Below are positions 37,101 to 49,403 of a stretch of DNA of 64,000 bases, in pieces (within the stretch, counting starts at the first letter, position 1; each line of letters opens with the position of its first letter). A program made the position numbers and the translations under genes. The notes beneath the pieces are model-generated. The model was not told the DNA's origin. It did not search any database and saw nothing but the letters and a program-made list of their open reading frames with translations. The DNA comes from Strigamia acuminata. Taxonomy: Eukaryota. The stretch spans positions 372,001 through 436,000 of the forward strand of contig OX442314.1 in NCBI GenBank assembly GCA_949358305.1, in the 5' to 3' direction.

Positions 37101-40100
37101 GTAGACCTTGAGTTCACTGATTTGATCAAAGAGATAAAAAAGAATCCAACATCCAACATCAAATACAAGGTGGAACCATCCAAAAACGGAAAATCTACTA
37201 TTGTTGTCTACATTAATGGAAAACCGAAGATTTTGAAAGACCAAACCCCTGAAGCTATCAAGTTTCTGATAAAAGTAACAAAAAATCCAAAGTTGCCGAT
37301 TCACATTGTCAAAGAAGAACCTAAACATGACGAACCAACTTTTGTTGTGACGGACGAAGAGACAAACACTCCGATAACAGTAGACCTTGAGTTCACTGAT
37401 TTGATCGAAGAGATAAAGAAGAATCCAAAGTCAAACATCAAGTACAAGGTGGAACCTTCTAAAAATGGAAAATCTAACATTATTGTCTTCATTAATGGAA
37501 AACCAAAAAAGTTGAAAGACCAATCCCCTGAAGCTATCAAGTTTCTGATCAAAGTTACCAAAAATCCAAAATTGCCGATTCACATTGTTAAAGAAAAACC
37601 TGGACATAAAGAACCACACCATGAAAAACCTGGACATAAAGAACCACACCATGAAAAACCTGGACATAAAGAACCTCACCATGAAAAACCTGGACATAAA
37701 GAACCACACCATGAAAAACCTGGACATAAAGAACCTCACCATGAAAAACCTGGACATAAAGAACCACACCATGAAAAACCTGGACATAAAGAACCACACC
37801 ATGAAAAACCTGGACATAAAGAACCACACAGAAAAGAACATAAGCCCAAGGATGTTATTCATGTTATTTCACCTGGAAAGACTTCAACCGATCCCATTAT
37901 TTCAATACCAAAGAATCAATTGGCACTTATCCAGACAATTAAATCAGCTCCTCAATTATCCATTTCCATTGCTCCAGACGGTCCAAATTTCAAAATTACT
38001 GTCAGTGATGGTCAAGATACCAAAACCTATCCAGATATTACTCCTGAATTACTGAATAAGTTAATTACTATTAGGAATCAAAAGGATTTGCCTTTTGAAA
38101 TTACCCCTTCAGATGATCCGAAGAAGGTAAACATTAATGTTCCAAATAAGAAAAAACCAGATGTTGAAAATATTGATATAAATATCGATTATCTGAAACC
38201 TTTGGAAATTGTAAGACATCAACCAGATACTGAGATTGAAATTAAGCCGGACAATGAAGGTACTTTTACAGTAACAATCAAACCGAAAGATGGAAGCAAA
38301 CCTCACACCTTGAAGCATGTGCATCCAAATGTTTTGAATTTGATCAGCAAGCTGAAAACAACTCCACACGTACAATTCAGAGTAAAGTCAGACAAGCGTG
38401 GAAAGATTCAATTGGTCGTACCAAAACACCAATCGCAACCTGTTCATACAAAACTAACTCCAGAGATCATCGATTTAATAAAGAACATCAAACGAAAACC
38501 ACAACCGAAAGTTTCATTCAAACCAGAAAAACCAGGAACTTTTACCGTTGTTGTACAAAATGGTAAAAAACCAGAAAAAGAGTACAAGCATATTAGTCCC
38601 GAATTGATTCCAGTTATCACCAAATTATACAGTGAACCTGCTGTAGAATATGAAATCAAACCAGGCAAAGACGAAACAATCGAATTTGTTCCAACTGAAC
38701 CAAGTAGCAACAGCCATCGCTATGAAGTGAAGCCTAATGTTCTAGATATCATCAGAGATATTAAACAAAATCCAGATACAGAAATCAACGTCAAGCCAGG
38801 ACCAGACCACACCTTCGATATTGAAACCAAAGAACCACATAAGAAGCCAAAGACTTATCCTCATGTCAACCAAGAGACATTAGACTTGATCATAGATTTG
38901 AAGAGTCATCCAGATGTTTCTTTCACTGTTAAACCAACACCGAAAGGTAACTTTTACATCACGGTACCAAAATCAAATGTCAAAGAAGATAATGTGCAAA
39001 TAACTCCGGATGTTCTGGAATTGATAAAACTTCTCCATTCTCCAAAGGATGTTAAGCTTAATATCAAACCACAAAAAGATGGAGCATTTACTGTCATTGT
39101 CAAAGATGGTAAAAAAGAGCATAACTATCCGAATATTCCAAAAAGAGTATTGCCAGTTGTTATAAAATTGTATAAAAATCCTCACAGAAACATACAATTG
39201 AAGCCAACAAGTGACAATCAAATCTATGGTAATGTGCCCGAAGACCTACCTAAAACTACGACAGCTGTAGTTAACAAAGATGATGTGGATTTGATCCATC
39301 ACATTAAACGACATCCGCACACAGATGTCACTATTAAGCGTGACAGAAAAAATCGACCCACGGTTGTAGTTGGTCATGGTCCAGACAGAGAGTCATATCC
39401 TCGCGTCGCTCCTAATATTGTTAACCTTGCCACTAAGTTACTCACTGAACCAAAACTTCCATTCCATATTTATACTGGTAGAGATGGAAGACATGTCCTG
39501 ACTATTCCAGTTCGACCAAAAGAGTTAATAGTTCCAAATGTATCCAAAGGTTTGCTTAAATTTGTTGACAAACATCGCTTTCATCCAAATCTTGAAGTGG
39601 TCGTGACCAGTTCTGAGATTCCAAACCACTATGACGTAATATTCCAAGAGCAAAACAAACCAATTAAACATTTTAAACATCTAGAACCCAAGATTGTTCA
39701 ATTAGTCGTGGAATTGTTTAATGCACCAACCACGGAGTATCGCGTCCAACCACAACCTGATGGAAAGTTAACAGTCAGACCATCCAGAGATGACGTACCA
39801 ACATTTGATGTGCCAATTACTCCGAAAGATCTATTGTTGATTCGGGACTTCAGAAACCCAAAACTCAACTCTGTCATTGTTTCACCAGGTAGCAAACCAA
39901 ACACCTACAAGGTTGTCTTTGATGACCTTTATGACCGCTCAAATCCACTCTCTGAGGACAATGTCGAACCCTTATTCCTTAACTTTCTCGTCCGCTTGTA
40001 CACTGAACCAAGTCTTCCACTAAAGTCGGCCGTTGACGAAGATGGACATTTAATTGTAACTGCACCGAAAAGAGTTTCTCACAACATTTTACACGATGTA

Positions 40101-41321
40101 AGCCCAGAAGTATTAAACTTTCTGACCAAGCACAAACCAACTCCCAAGGATACATTTTCCATTGTGTTGGATAAGAAAAAGCCGCATTCGACAGAGCCTG
40201 ATTCTTACACTTTTGATCTTAATGGCAAAAAGTTTCCTCATCAGTCGCCTACCACCGTTCAATTAGCAAGTATTCTGCTTTCTCAGCCTAAGTTACATAC
40301 AAGAATTTTGAATGAAAGGGATGGCAAAGCTACCGTAGAAATTACTGCACACAGACCAAATCTGGTTTTCAGAAATGTGCATCCAGCCTTCTTGAAGACT
40401 TCACAGATAGCACGGCATAGTCCTAATGTGGAACTTTCGATCACCCGAAACCCAGATAATGAAATCAACCTTGTAATTTCAAATGGACCGAATAAGCTGA
40501 TAATTGAAAATCTTTCACCTATTATTACTCAGCTGTTTGTGGCTATGTTCAGTAGACCGGAATTCCCGTATAACTTTTATATAGATGAGGACAATTCTGT
40601 GACTATGGTTATCAGGAAAGATAGCTTGCATCCAGTTTTCTCTCACATTAAACCTGAATTTTTTGATTTTGTCAAAAAAGTGCGAATTTCCAAGCTTTTT
40701 AACATTGTGATAAAGCATGATGAAGGTGCTTACGAAGTGGAAGTAACAACTCACAATGACAAGCCAAGAACTTTCCAACTGACACCTGAAGAACTTCAAT
40801 TGCTCGTTCTCTTTGCTACTTATCGAGATTTGACTTTCAAAGAAAACAAGGAAAAAGATGGAACAACCCTGGAAATTCCTGTTGTCATTCAAGCCAGCTC
40901 TACTGTACTGGATTTTGCTAAACTTTGTGCTGCTACAAAAGTCCATTCGTTCCCAGAATACAAAGAAACGGATGTTGAAGAACCAACTGAAGAACCGAGT
41001 GATGAACCCGAGTATCGACTGAGACCTGAGCTAGTTTTTGAACCCAAAATTGTTTTGAGACCAGAGTACCGAAGGAGACCTGATTACAGACGTCAATTTC
41101 ACAGCATTACAAGAGATTACAATAATGCCAAAAGAAATTATGCCAAACATCCTGGAAGACTGGAAGTTGGGCATTTTGAACAGCCACGACATCACACCCG
41201 CAGACACCATCGTCCCCAAGGACACGAACTGTATTACAAATTCAAGAAGGAAGGTGCCTACGACACTTGCAAATGTAACGAAGCTCATAGAAGTACCTCT
41301 CAAAGATTCAGAGAATTTTAA
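34180..41321 (+). CDS. Giant secreted repeat protein, copy 2 (~2352 aa; exon 1 34180-34240, exon 2 34324-41321)
   Basis: Same exon structure, splice sites and TATA box as copy 1; intact ORF. Confidence 0.9.
37593..37832 (+). repeat. Coding 30-bp VNTR (EKPGHKEPHH) x8
   Basis: Counted directly. Confidence 0.95.
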
Positions 41322-42150
41322 TTGCAACGTTTTAAAGAATATGTACATCCCTAAGACTGAAATAAATTAGTTTATAGAAGCATAGCAATTGATCATCTTT
41401 CTTGTCTTTAAATAATTTCATCTTTGGAGTTCTTACAGGTCCAACGTAGATTTTATTGAATGACATATTCTTACAATAAAGATCCTGAGGAGTTCAATTC
41501 GATAAAATAAAATAAAAAAAGGATTGGGAGAGGAAAGGAAAAAGAAAAGAGGACTCGATTACGTTAGAGCATTCAATACTCAGAACCGTGGCCCTAATTC
41601 CAGCCGTATCACTGGTATAATGGCACAAATAAGTAGCCCATAACACCAGAATTGTAATCTAACTAAGCAAAACAACCAATAAATAACTAAACCTTTGATT
41701 ACCTGCCAAAAGAAACCAACAAACCGTTTGATTAAAAGGGGAAAAGCTTATTTTAGCAAATAAAATAAATATTTTATTACCATATAAATAAAATCCATCA
41801 TTCTAATCACTTTTTACACTGAAATTCATTGGAAAAAAACAGAACTACTTTTCCGCAAAGTAGAGCACAGTCCACAGTTAAGCGTAATACGGCTCAGTCA
41901 ATTATGAAATAGGACAACGTTATATCAGTTCACAAAGTATACCAAGACATGTTTGTTGCAAAGAGAAACTTATTTCCTAGCATCTCTTATAACTGGCTAC
42001 GATATATGATATACGATATGCAAACAGCCCGTCTGAAGGCACCCAGGTTTGTGCTCGCAATAACATCTTTAACCGGGATCAAATCAACCGTTCCTGAAAG
42101 GGACTCCGGGACTATGAAGATGTAGCGGAATAGTACATTCTTGCAGCTTA

Positions 42151-42365
42151 GGGGCCGTCCATAAATTACGTAGCGCACCAAAGGTGGGGGGGGAGGGGGT
42201 TTCAAATTTTGTTTCGAGTCATTACTAAGGGAGAGGGGGTTTCAAATTTTGGTACGTTCCATGTAAAAAAAAAAATTAAATATTTTATAATCAAAATATT
42301 ATCATTTTTTATGTGATTTTTTGAAAATTTGGGGGGTGATTTCAGTTTTGTTACATAATTATGGA
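42151..42365. mobile_element. Degenerate Tourist/Harbinger-like MITE
   Basis: TTA|GGGGCCGTCCATAAATTACGTA with a partial inverted match (ttacataatttatgga) at the other end. Confidence 0.5.
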
Positions 42366-43168
42366 ATAAAGAGATATAAATTGAATTTTAAAATTTATTT
42401 ATTTATTTGGGTTGATTTTATCATCCGAATTTTCTGTGTGTAAAAAAAAATATCGGTAGCTGTTTTTGGCCAAGAAATGGGTGCTTTTGGTCAATTCTTG
42501 AATTGTTTTGGCTTAAATATGAATTGTTAGTCCAAAAAGCTGTAGTCAGCGCTGAGAGATAAAATAAAATAAATAAATAAATAAAATTTATATAAATAGA
42601 AATATATGTTCGTTTGTTCAAATTCTTAAATCTCCAAAAGTTATTCACCGATTGCTTTGAAATATTGACACAACATTGCATTCGAATAGGCGCATGTTTT
42701 TATATACCTACAATATAGATTTCACACCTGTGACAGGTAAAACCGAGGGTAAAACATGCTTTTTTTAAAAAACAGCGCCATCTGTTAGACGTAAAAGCAA
42801 CACGGGATTTATTTCCACGGGATTTTATTTCGACGGCAGCGCATGGCCGGGTTCAGCTAGTAAAAAAATAAATAAAGAAAACAAAATAAAATAAAATAAA
42901 GAAATAAAAAAAATAATAAAAAAAATAATGAATAGAATAGAAGACAAAAAAGATTGCAAATCCCCCGCTGTTTTAAACGAGCATTAAAAGCACTAATCGA
43001 CGTCGTTTTTTTACTCCACAACGAAACCGGCCACGCATCAATATTTAGCAGACGACGATTTTACCGCTTTTTGTCGGCCGATGTCGCGCACTACATCCGG
43101 ATCAGCCATTACCGAAATGAAGCTGTATCATTTTAACTTACATTTTAACTCCTCGGAAAATTGAAACC

Positions 43169-46100
43169 ATGGACGGTTTAGGCGGCTCAACACTAAGCGG
43201 TATTTATTGTAAATACTCAATTAGGATTTTTCAAAACTTGCCTCCACTTTATTCAAGGTTCCAGCAGCGGGAGCAGCAGCGACGACGAAACCAGTACTGC
43301 GAATGCAAAATCATTTTATTCGTCCGCCTCATCCGCAGCGGCCAAACGGAAACGATCGCGCTCGAGATCACGAACGAGCAGCGAAGAATCGGTCGAGGAA
43401 ACTGCGAAAATCGACGATAAAAATAAGACGACGAGCACGACCAAGAAGAAAATGGTCGTGTCAACGGTGGCGCAAAGATTGATGGTAAAACGCAAAAGAA
43501 ATGAACAGTTGCGGATGTAAAACGAATTTTAATTAATCGCAGCAAAGCATGGGCTACAAAGAAGGAACGGGGTTGGGGAAAAACAACCAAGGACGAGTGG
43601 AGATCATCGAGGCGTCGAAACAGAGAGGCCGACGCGGTTTCGGGCTCCATTTGACCGGTCTCGATCCCAGCGGTGACATCGATTGGAAGAAAGAAAATGT
43701 ATGGAATCGATTTGATTGTTTTTTTAGTGATTTCTTATTATTTTTTAATTTTTTTTAGGTGAGTTTGGTGGAAAGTGTGGAGTGGATGGAGGAATGTTTG
43801 TCGGATGCGCCAATCATGTCCGAAATGCGATCGTGGACGAAGGAAGGACGGGTCGGATATTATAAGATTTATTTTAAAGCACTTGATTGATTGGTTTTGA
43901 AATTTATAGAAAAAATTGACGCTTGATGACGAAGCCGAATTTTGCAACGGGAAAATTCTTCGAGAACTTCTGGCTTTGAAAGTAAATAAACATCGAGAGG
44001 GATTTTTAAAATTCGATGGACATTTATGAAAATTTAGTGAAAATTTGATAAAAATTTAATGAAAATTTGATGAAAATTCAATGAAAATTCAATGAAAATT
44101 TGATGAAAATTCAATGAAAATTTGATGAAAATTCCATTAAAATTCAATGAAAATTTTATGAAAATTCAATGAAAATTTTATGAAAATTCAATGAAAATTT
44201 TATGAAAATTCAATGAAAATTTTATGAAAATTCAATGAAAATTTTATGAAAATTCAATGAAAATTTTATGAAAATTCAATGAAAATTTTATAAAAATTCA
44301 ATGAAAATTTTATGAAAATTCAATGAAAATTTTATGAAAATTCAATGAAAATTTGATGAAAATTCAATGAAAATTTGATTGAAATTTAGTGAAAGATTGA
44401 TGGAAATTTGATGAAAATTTTATGGAAATTTGATGAAAATTTTATGGAAATTTAATGAAAAGTTTATGGTAATTTAATGAAAATTCAATGAAAATTTGAT
44501 GGAAATTTAATGAAAATTCAATGAAAATTGGATGCAAATTAAGTTAAATGAAATTTGATTTCAGACCGTGTTCGATTCATTGGAGCCCGAAGAGCTGCGC
44601 CGAGCAAGGACTCGCTGCAATCCGTACGAAATTATCCGCGGAGTCATTTTCCTCAACCGGTAAATGAAATTCATTCCCGAATTATTTATTTATTTAGTGA
44701 TTTATTTATTTATTTATTCGTACTTCCGGACACAGGGCGGCCATGAAGATGGCCAACATGGACTACATGTTCGAGAACATGTTCACCAACCCACTCACCG
44801 AAACTGGAGTGAGTTTATAATAAAAAATAAACAAAACCAAAAATTAATTAAAATTTAAATTAGGACCCGGCGGTCGGATCCAACGAGCTGCTCTACTTCG
44901 CCGACATTTGCGCCGGACCGGGCGGTTTTTCCGAATACGTTCTCTGGCGGAAGAAATGGGAGGCCAAAGGTTTCGGATTCACGCTCAAAGGACCCAACGA
45001 TTTCAAACTGGACGACTTTTTCGCCGGACCGCCGGAATCTTTCGAACCGTACTACGGTCGACTCTCTTCAATTGAAACGAAAACGAAAACTGAACGAATG
45101 AATGCGCTTTTCAGGTGTCCACGGCATTAACGGCGACGGAAACATTTTTTCGCCCGAAAACTTGAGAGAATTTCGTCGTTTCGTGCTCGAAAACACCGAC
45201 AACAAGGGCGTCCATTTCGTCATGGCCGACGGGGTAAAATATAGACTAAATTTTGATGAATAAATTTGAAAATTGAAAATTAAATTTTGTATTAATTTAG
45301 GGCTTTTCCGTCGAAGGTCAAGAGAACATACAGGAGATTTTATCGAAGCAGTTGTACCTGTGCCAGTTTTATTGCGCATTAAGCATCCTCAGACCAGGTA
45401 TAGAAATTAAAATTTAATTTAATTTAAAAATAAATGAAATTATGTTGGAATTAGGCGGCCATTTTGTGTGTAAATTGTTCGATCTGTTCACGCCGTTCAG
45501 CGTGGGACTGATTTATCTGTTGTACAGGGTGTTCAAGAGGGTTTGCATCGCAAAACCCAACACGAGTCGTCCCGCAAATTCTGAAAGGTGAGCAATTTAA
45601 TTCAAATTTGAAAATTTCAAATTACGCAATTTCTTGATAAAAATATCGACAAAATATTTCAATTTTTACAAAATTTCATAAATTTTTGGGAAATTTCTTG
45701 ATAAATGTCGAAAAAATATTACATTTTTTACAAAATTTTATAAAATTTTAAGAAATTTCGACAATTTTATAAAATTTTTAAGAAATTTCGACAATTTCAA
45801 TAAAATTTGAAAATCCTCGATTGTCAACAAAATTTTTTTTGAAAAATTTCAACAAAATTTGATAATTTTTTTTGTGAAATTTCAAACTTCAAATTTGATA
45901 TTTTTTTGAGAAGTTTGAACAAAACGTGAGAAATGTTTTAGACACTTGGTATCCCACCTGCGCCGCTCTGGTGAGGAAAATCGGAACCCCTTAAAATTTG
46001 ATTTTTTTTAATTTTCAGGTACGTAGTTTGTAAATGGCGACGTCCGAACACGCGCGACGTGGAGGATTATTTATTTGAAACGAATTGTCGCCTCCAACAG

Positions 46101-49100
46101 CTCAATCAGCTCAAAAGTTGTTCCGGCACCGATGCCGACGACGTCGTCCAAATCGTGCCTTTAAACATCCTCAAGGACGACGTTGAGTTTTACAATTACA
46201 TCGTCAGTTCGAACGAGACGTGAGCAACAACAAATAGAACTAAACAGAACAAATTAAACAAATTAAACAAATTGCATTTACAGGCTCGGTCACATTCAGT
46301 GCATCCACTTGGCCAAAATCCAAGCGTTCTGTCGGAACAGCGAGCTACAGGAGGAGCGGCAGGCCGACATCCGGAAGGAGTGTCTGCAGTTGTGGAATGT
46401 AAAATCTAGCGTCGCTTTTGCACCGATTGACGAAAATGATTCGATTCTTAGTGTCTGTTCCCGTTAGATCCCGGACAAAGTGAGGTCGGCGCCGACCAGG
46501 CCGGAACCGAGCGCAAAGTTTGCCGAGTTTTTTAATGTCGGTGCGTCAATTTTTGTCTTTGTAATATTTTTTTAATTTGTTTGCATTTTTCAGACGGAAG
46601 ATACGAATTATTTGACTTATTTGGCGGAGCCGCTCGACAGGAAGAAGCTGGACAGCATCAAGAGCATTTACGATTACCGCGCCGTCGTTTCCAGCGTGGA
46701 CAAGCTGAATCAAGCCGACCGTTGCTTTCTTTTGGGTTTAGGGGTAAAGAGAAAGAACAATTCAACGAATTGGGTGGAAATTATATCAATAGTTGTTGGT
46801 TTTGATATAATTCTGTCGAAATTTGACTTAATCAATAATTTCTCTACAAGAATTGAGTCGAAAATCGACTTTTGCGACACGTTTTCGCTAAATTTGCGTC
46901 GACATTTGACTTTTCAAATATATCTTCTACTAAATTCAGTCAAAATTCAATGTTTTCAACGCATTTCAGCAATAATTCAGTCAAAATTCAATGTTTTTGA
47001 CACATTTCAGCTATAATTCAGTCAAAATTCAATGTTTTTGACACATTTCAGTTATAATTCAGTCAAAATTCAATGTTTTTGACACATTTCAGTTATAATT
47101 CAGTCAAAATTCAATGTTTTTGACACATTTCAGCTATAATTCAGTCAAAATTCAATGTTTTTGACACATTTCAGTTATAATTCAGTCAAAATTCAATGTT
47201 TTTGACACATTTCAGCTATAATTTAGTCAAAATTCAATGTTTTTGACACATTTCAGCTATAATTCAGTCAAAATTCAATGTTTGCAACACATTTCAGCTA
47301 TAATTTAGTCAAAATTTTTACTTTTCCATCATGATTTCATCAAAATCTGAATTTTCCAATAATTTTTCGCCTTTATTTCCGCGAAATTTGAATTTATCAA
47401 CACTTTTCTCGCACAATTTTATCGAATTTTGACAATTTCTGAATATTTTGTACAAATCCACTTCGTTATAGGTCTTGTTTTTGGTTTGGACCAGTGGAAA
47501 TGCACTGGACAATGTCCATTCCCATTATTAAATTATTAAATTAAAATTACCGCAATCAATTAGTGAGATCACATTTTTAAATTTTAGCCTATTTATTTGA
47601 GTAAAATACAAATTTATTTACAAAAAGGAATAATTAGGTGAAAATATTTTATTTTCACTTCAAATTAAAATTGAAATTAAAATTATTTTTCACATTTTTC
47701 ACATTTTTCACATTTTTCACATTTTTCACATTTTTCAAACTTGTTGCAGAGGATGCACGTGTTTCGGTGGGACGGCACGGAGAAGAGCGTGTGGAAAAAA
47801 CTCGACTTGACGGTCGAGTTGCCGCGCGACACGCTGCTCTACGTCGAAATCGTTCACGAACTTAAAGGCGAAGTACGCGATTCATTCTAATTTTTTTAAA
47901 TAAAGTCCAAAAATATTTGAATAATCCAAAGGGAAAAGGACAACGAAAAGTCGCTTGCTTGCACATAGTGGACGCGCTGGTGCTGGGAGGACGAGACATC
48001 CGCCACGAACACTACATGGAGAGGTCAACAAAAACAAATTGAAAAAAATGAAAAACTGAAATGTTTTCGTTTTAGGATGAACAAAGCGCAGAAACTCGCC
48101 AAAGCCGTGAACAAGTCGAGTCGGTCCGACCTGACGGCGCTGCGAGTGAAACAAGTGTTCCGATTCGAGGGAATCGAAGAGATCTTCGACAAATTGGATT
48201 TCAGGATATTCAAAGGCAGCGCGGGTGGCAAACGACTTTGCTACTGCAACCAACAGGACGACAAATATTTCCTACCGCATGGCATTATCTTTTTCAAAAC
48301 AGTAAAAGGTAATCAAATTAAAAAAGAAAAACAAAATGAAGTTAAAACTTCTTGAAAATCGTAAATTCGTGAATTTCATCGTCGATGTGGTTCGACTAAA
48401 TTAAGGTTGCACCGAATACCAAAATATTCGCAACCAAATACCATGGCCGAATAATAATTTTAAAAACAATCCCCAAGTTAACATGTCATTTTAATGTAGA
48501 AAACCCAATTCCCACTGTTGAAAAAAGCAATTACCACCTCAGAAAACCAATTTTTACCACCAAAAAAAGCAATCGCCATGTTTCACGTCAAAAATGCAGT
48601 TTTCATACAAAAATTCTAAGTTTTTCAGTAGAGATGCAATTTTTACCTAAAGTATTTAATTTTCACCCAAAAATGTAAAGTTCTCTGGTAAAATACAATT
48701 TATAAGGTGAAAATTATTAGTATTCACTCTAAGAAGGCAAAAACTTGCATTGAACAATGCAAATTTGTCTAACTTTATCATTATTATGTATTCTTGATAT
48801 TCGGCCGAATATGGCCAAATATGCCAAATAACCGAATGTAAACCGAATATTCGATGCAACCGTAGACTGAATCTCGTGTGACATCTCGTTCAGATTCACT
48901 TTGGTGCCTAAAGAAGTTAAACTTGAAAAGCGAAATAAATAGAATATGAAATTAAAAATTGATTTTTTTGTCAGATCCGTGGACAATGAATCTTAGCCGG
49001 AGTACGCGGAACAAATACTTATTCAATACTCGAACGGGGGAGTCTCGATTCGACACTCCCAAAGACGCCATCGCAACATTCAAGTAATTATTTCTGTTTT

Positions 49101-49280
49101 TATTTGTAACTCGAGGTAATTATTGTTTATTATTTTAGGGATACTTTTTCGTCGCGTTTGCTGTGGACGTGGGAGCCGGGAGTGAAGATCCACGAAGCGC
49201 ACACCGAAGCATTGGAGGACAGAGTTCATCGCCACGTCATTTTAGATAAAATCAAATGTCATTTAGAACAGTTTAGATGA
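43169..49280 (+). CDS. CMTR1: Cap-specific mRNA (nucleoside-2'-O)-methyltransferase 1, multi-exon
   Basis: G-patch ([24 protein letters not shown]...GRRGFG), RrmJ/FtsJ domain ([81 protein letters not shown]), GTase-like region and C-terminal WW-like exon ([15 protein letters not shown]); GT-AG introns throughout. Confidence 0.95.
44030..44545. repeat. Intronic 11/22-bp satellite (atgaaaattca/atgaaaatttt)
   Basis: Directly visible. Confidence 0.9.
46935..47315. repeat. Intronic 41-bp minisatellite, ~9 units
   Basis: Tandem ttcagtcaaaattcaatgtttttgacacatttcag(c/t)tataa. Confidence 0.9.
48402..48864. mobile_element. hAT-like MITE in a CMTR1 intron
   Basis: TIR TAAGGTTGCACCGAATA / TATTCGATGCAACCGTA, subterminal CCGAATA repeats, 8-bp TSD GACTAAAT/GACTGAAT. 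Confidence 0.75.
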
Positions 49281-49403
49281 TTTTTGAAAGCTATGTCGAT
49301 CGTAATTTAATAAAAATTGAAAGAAAATAAACCTATTTTGTTCAATTAATTCACCAAGTTGCCACTAGATGGCATCCAAACAAAAATGGTCGCAAAATCA
49401 AAC

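Larger units (their letters stand above)
33375..42124 (+). repeat. Segmental duplication unit 2
   Basis: Aligns with 14563-23961. Confidence 0.9.

Noticed and set aside
33375..42124. Copy 2 as a mere haplotig or assembly duplicate
   Set aside because: It has private substitutions, indels, a different VNTR length and distinct flanks; not fully excluded without reads.
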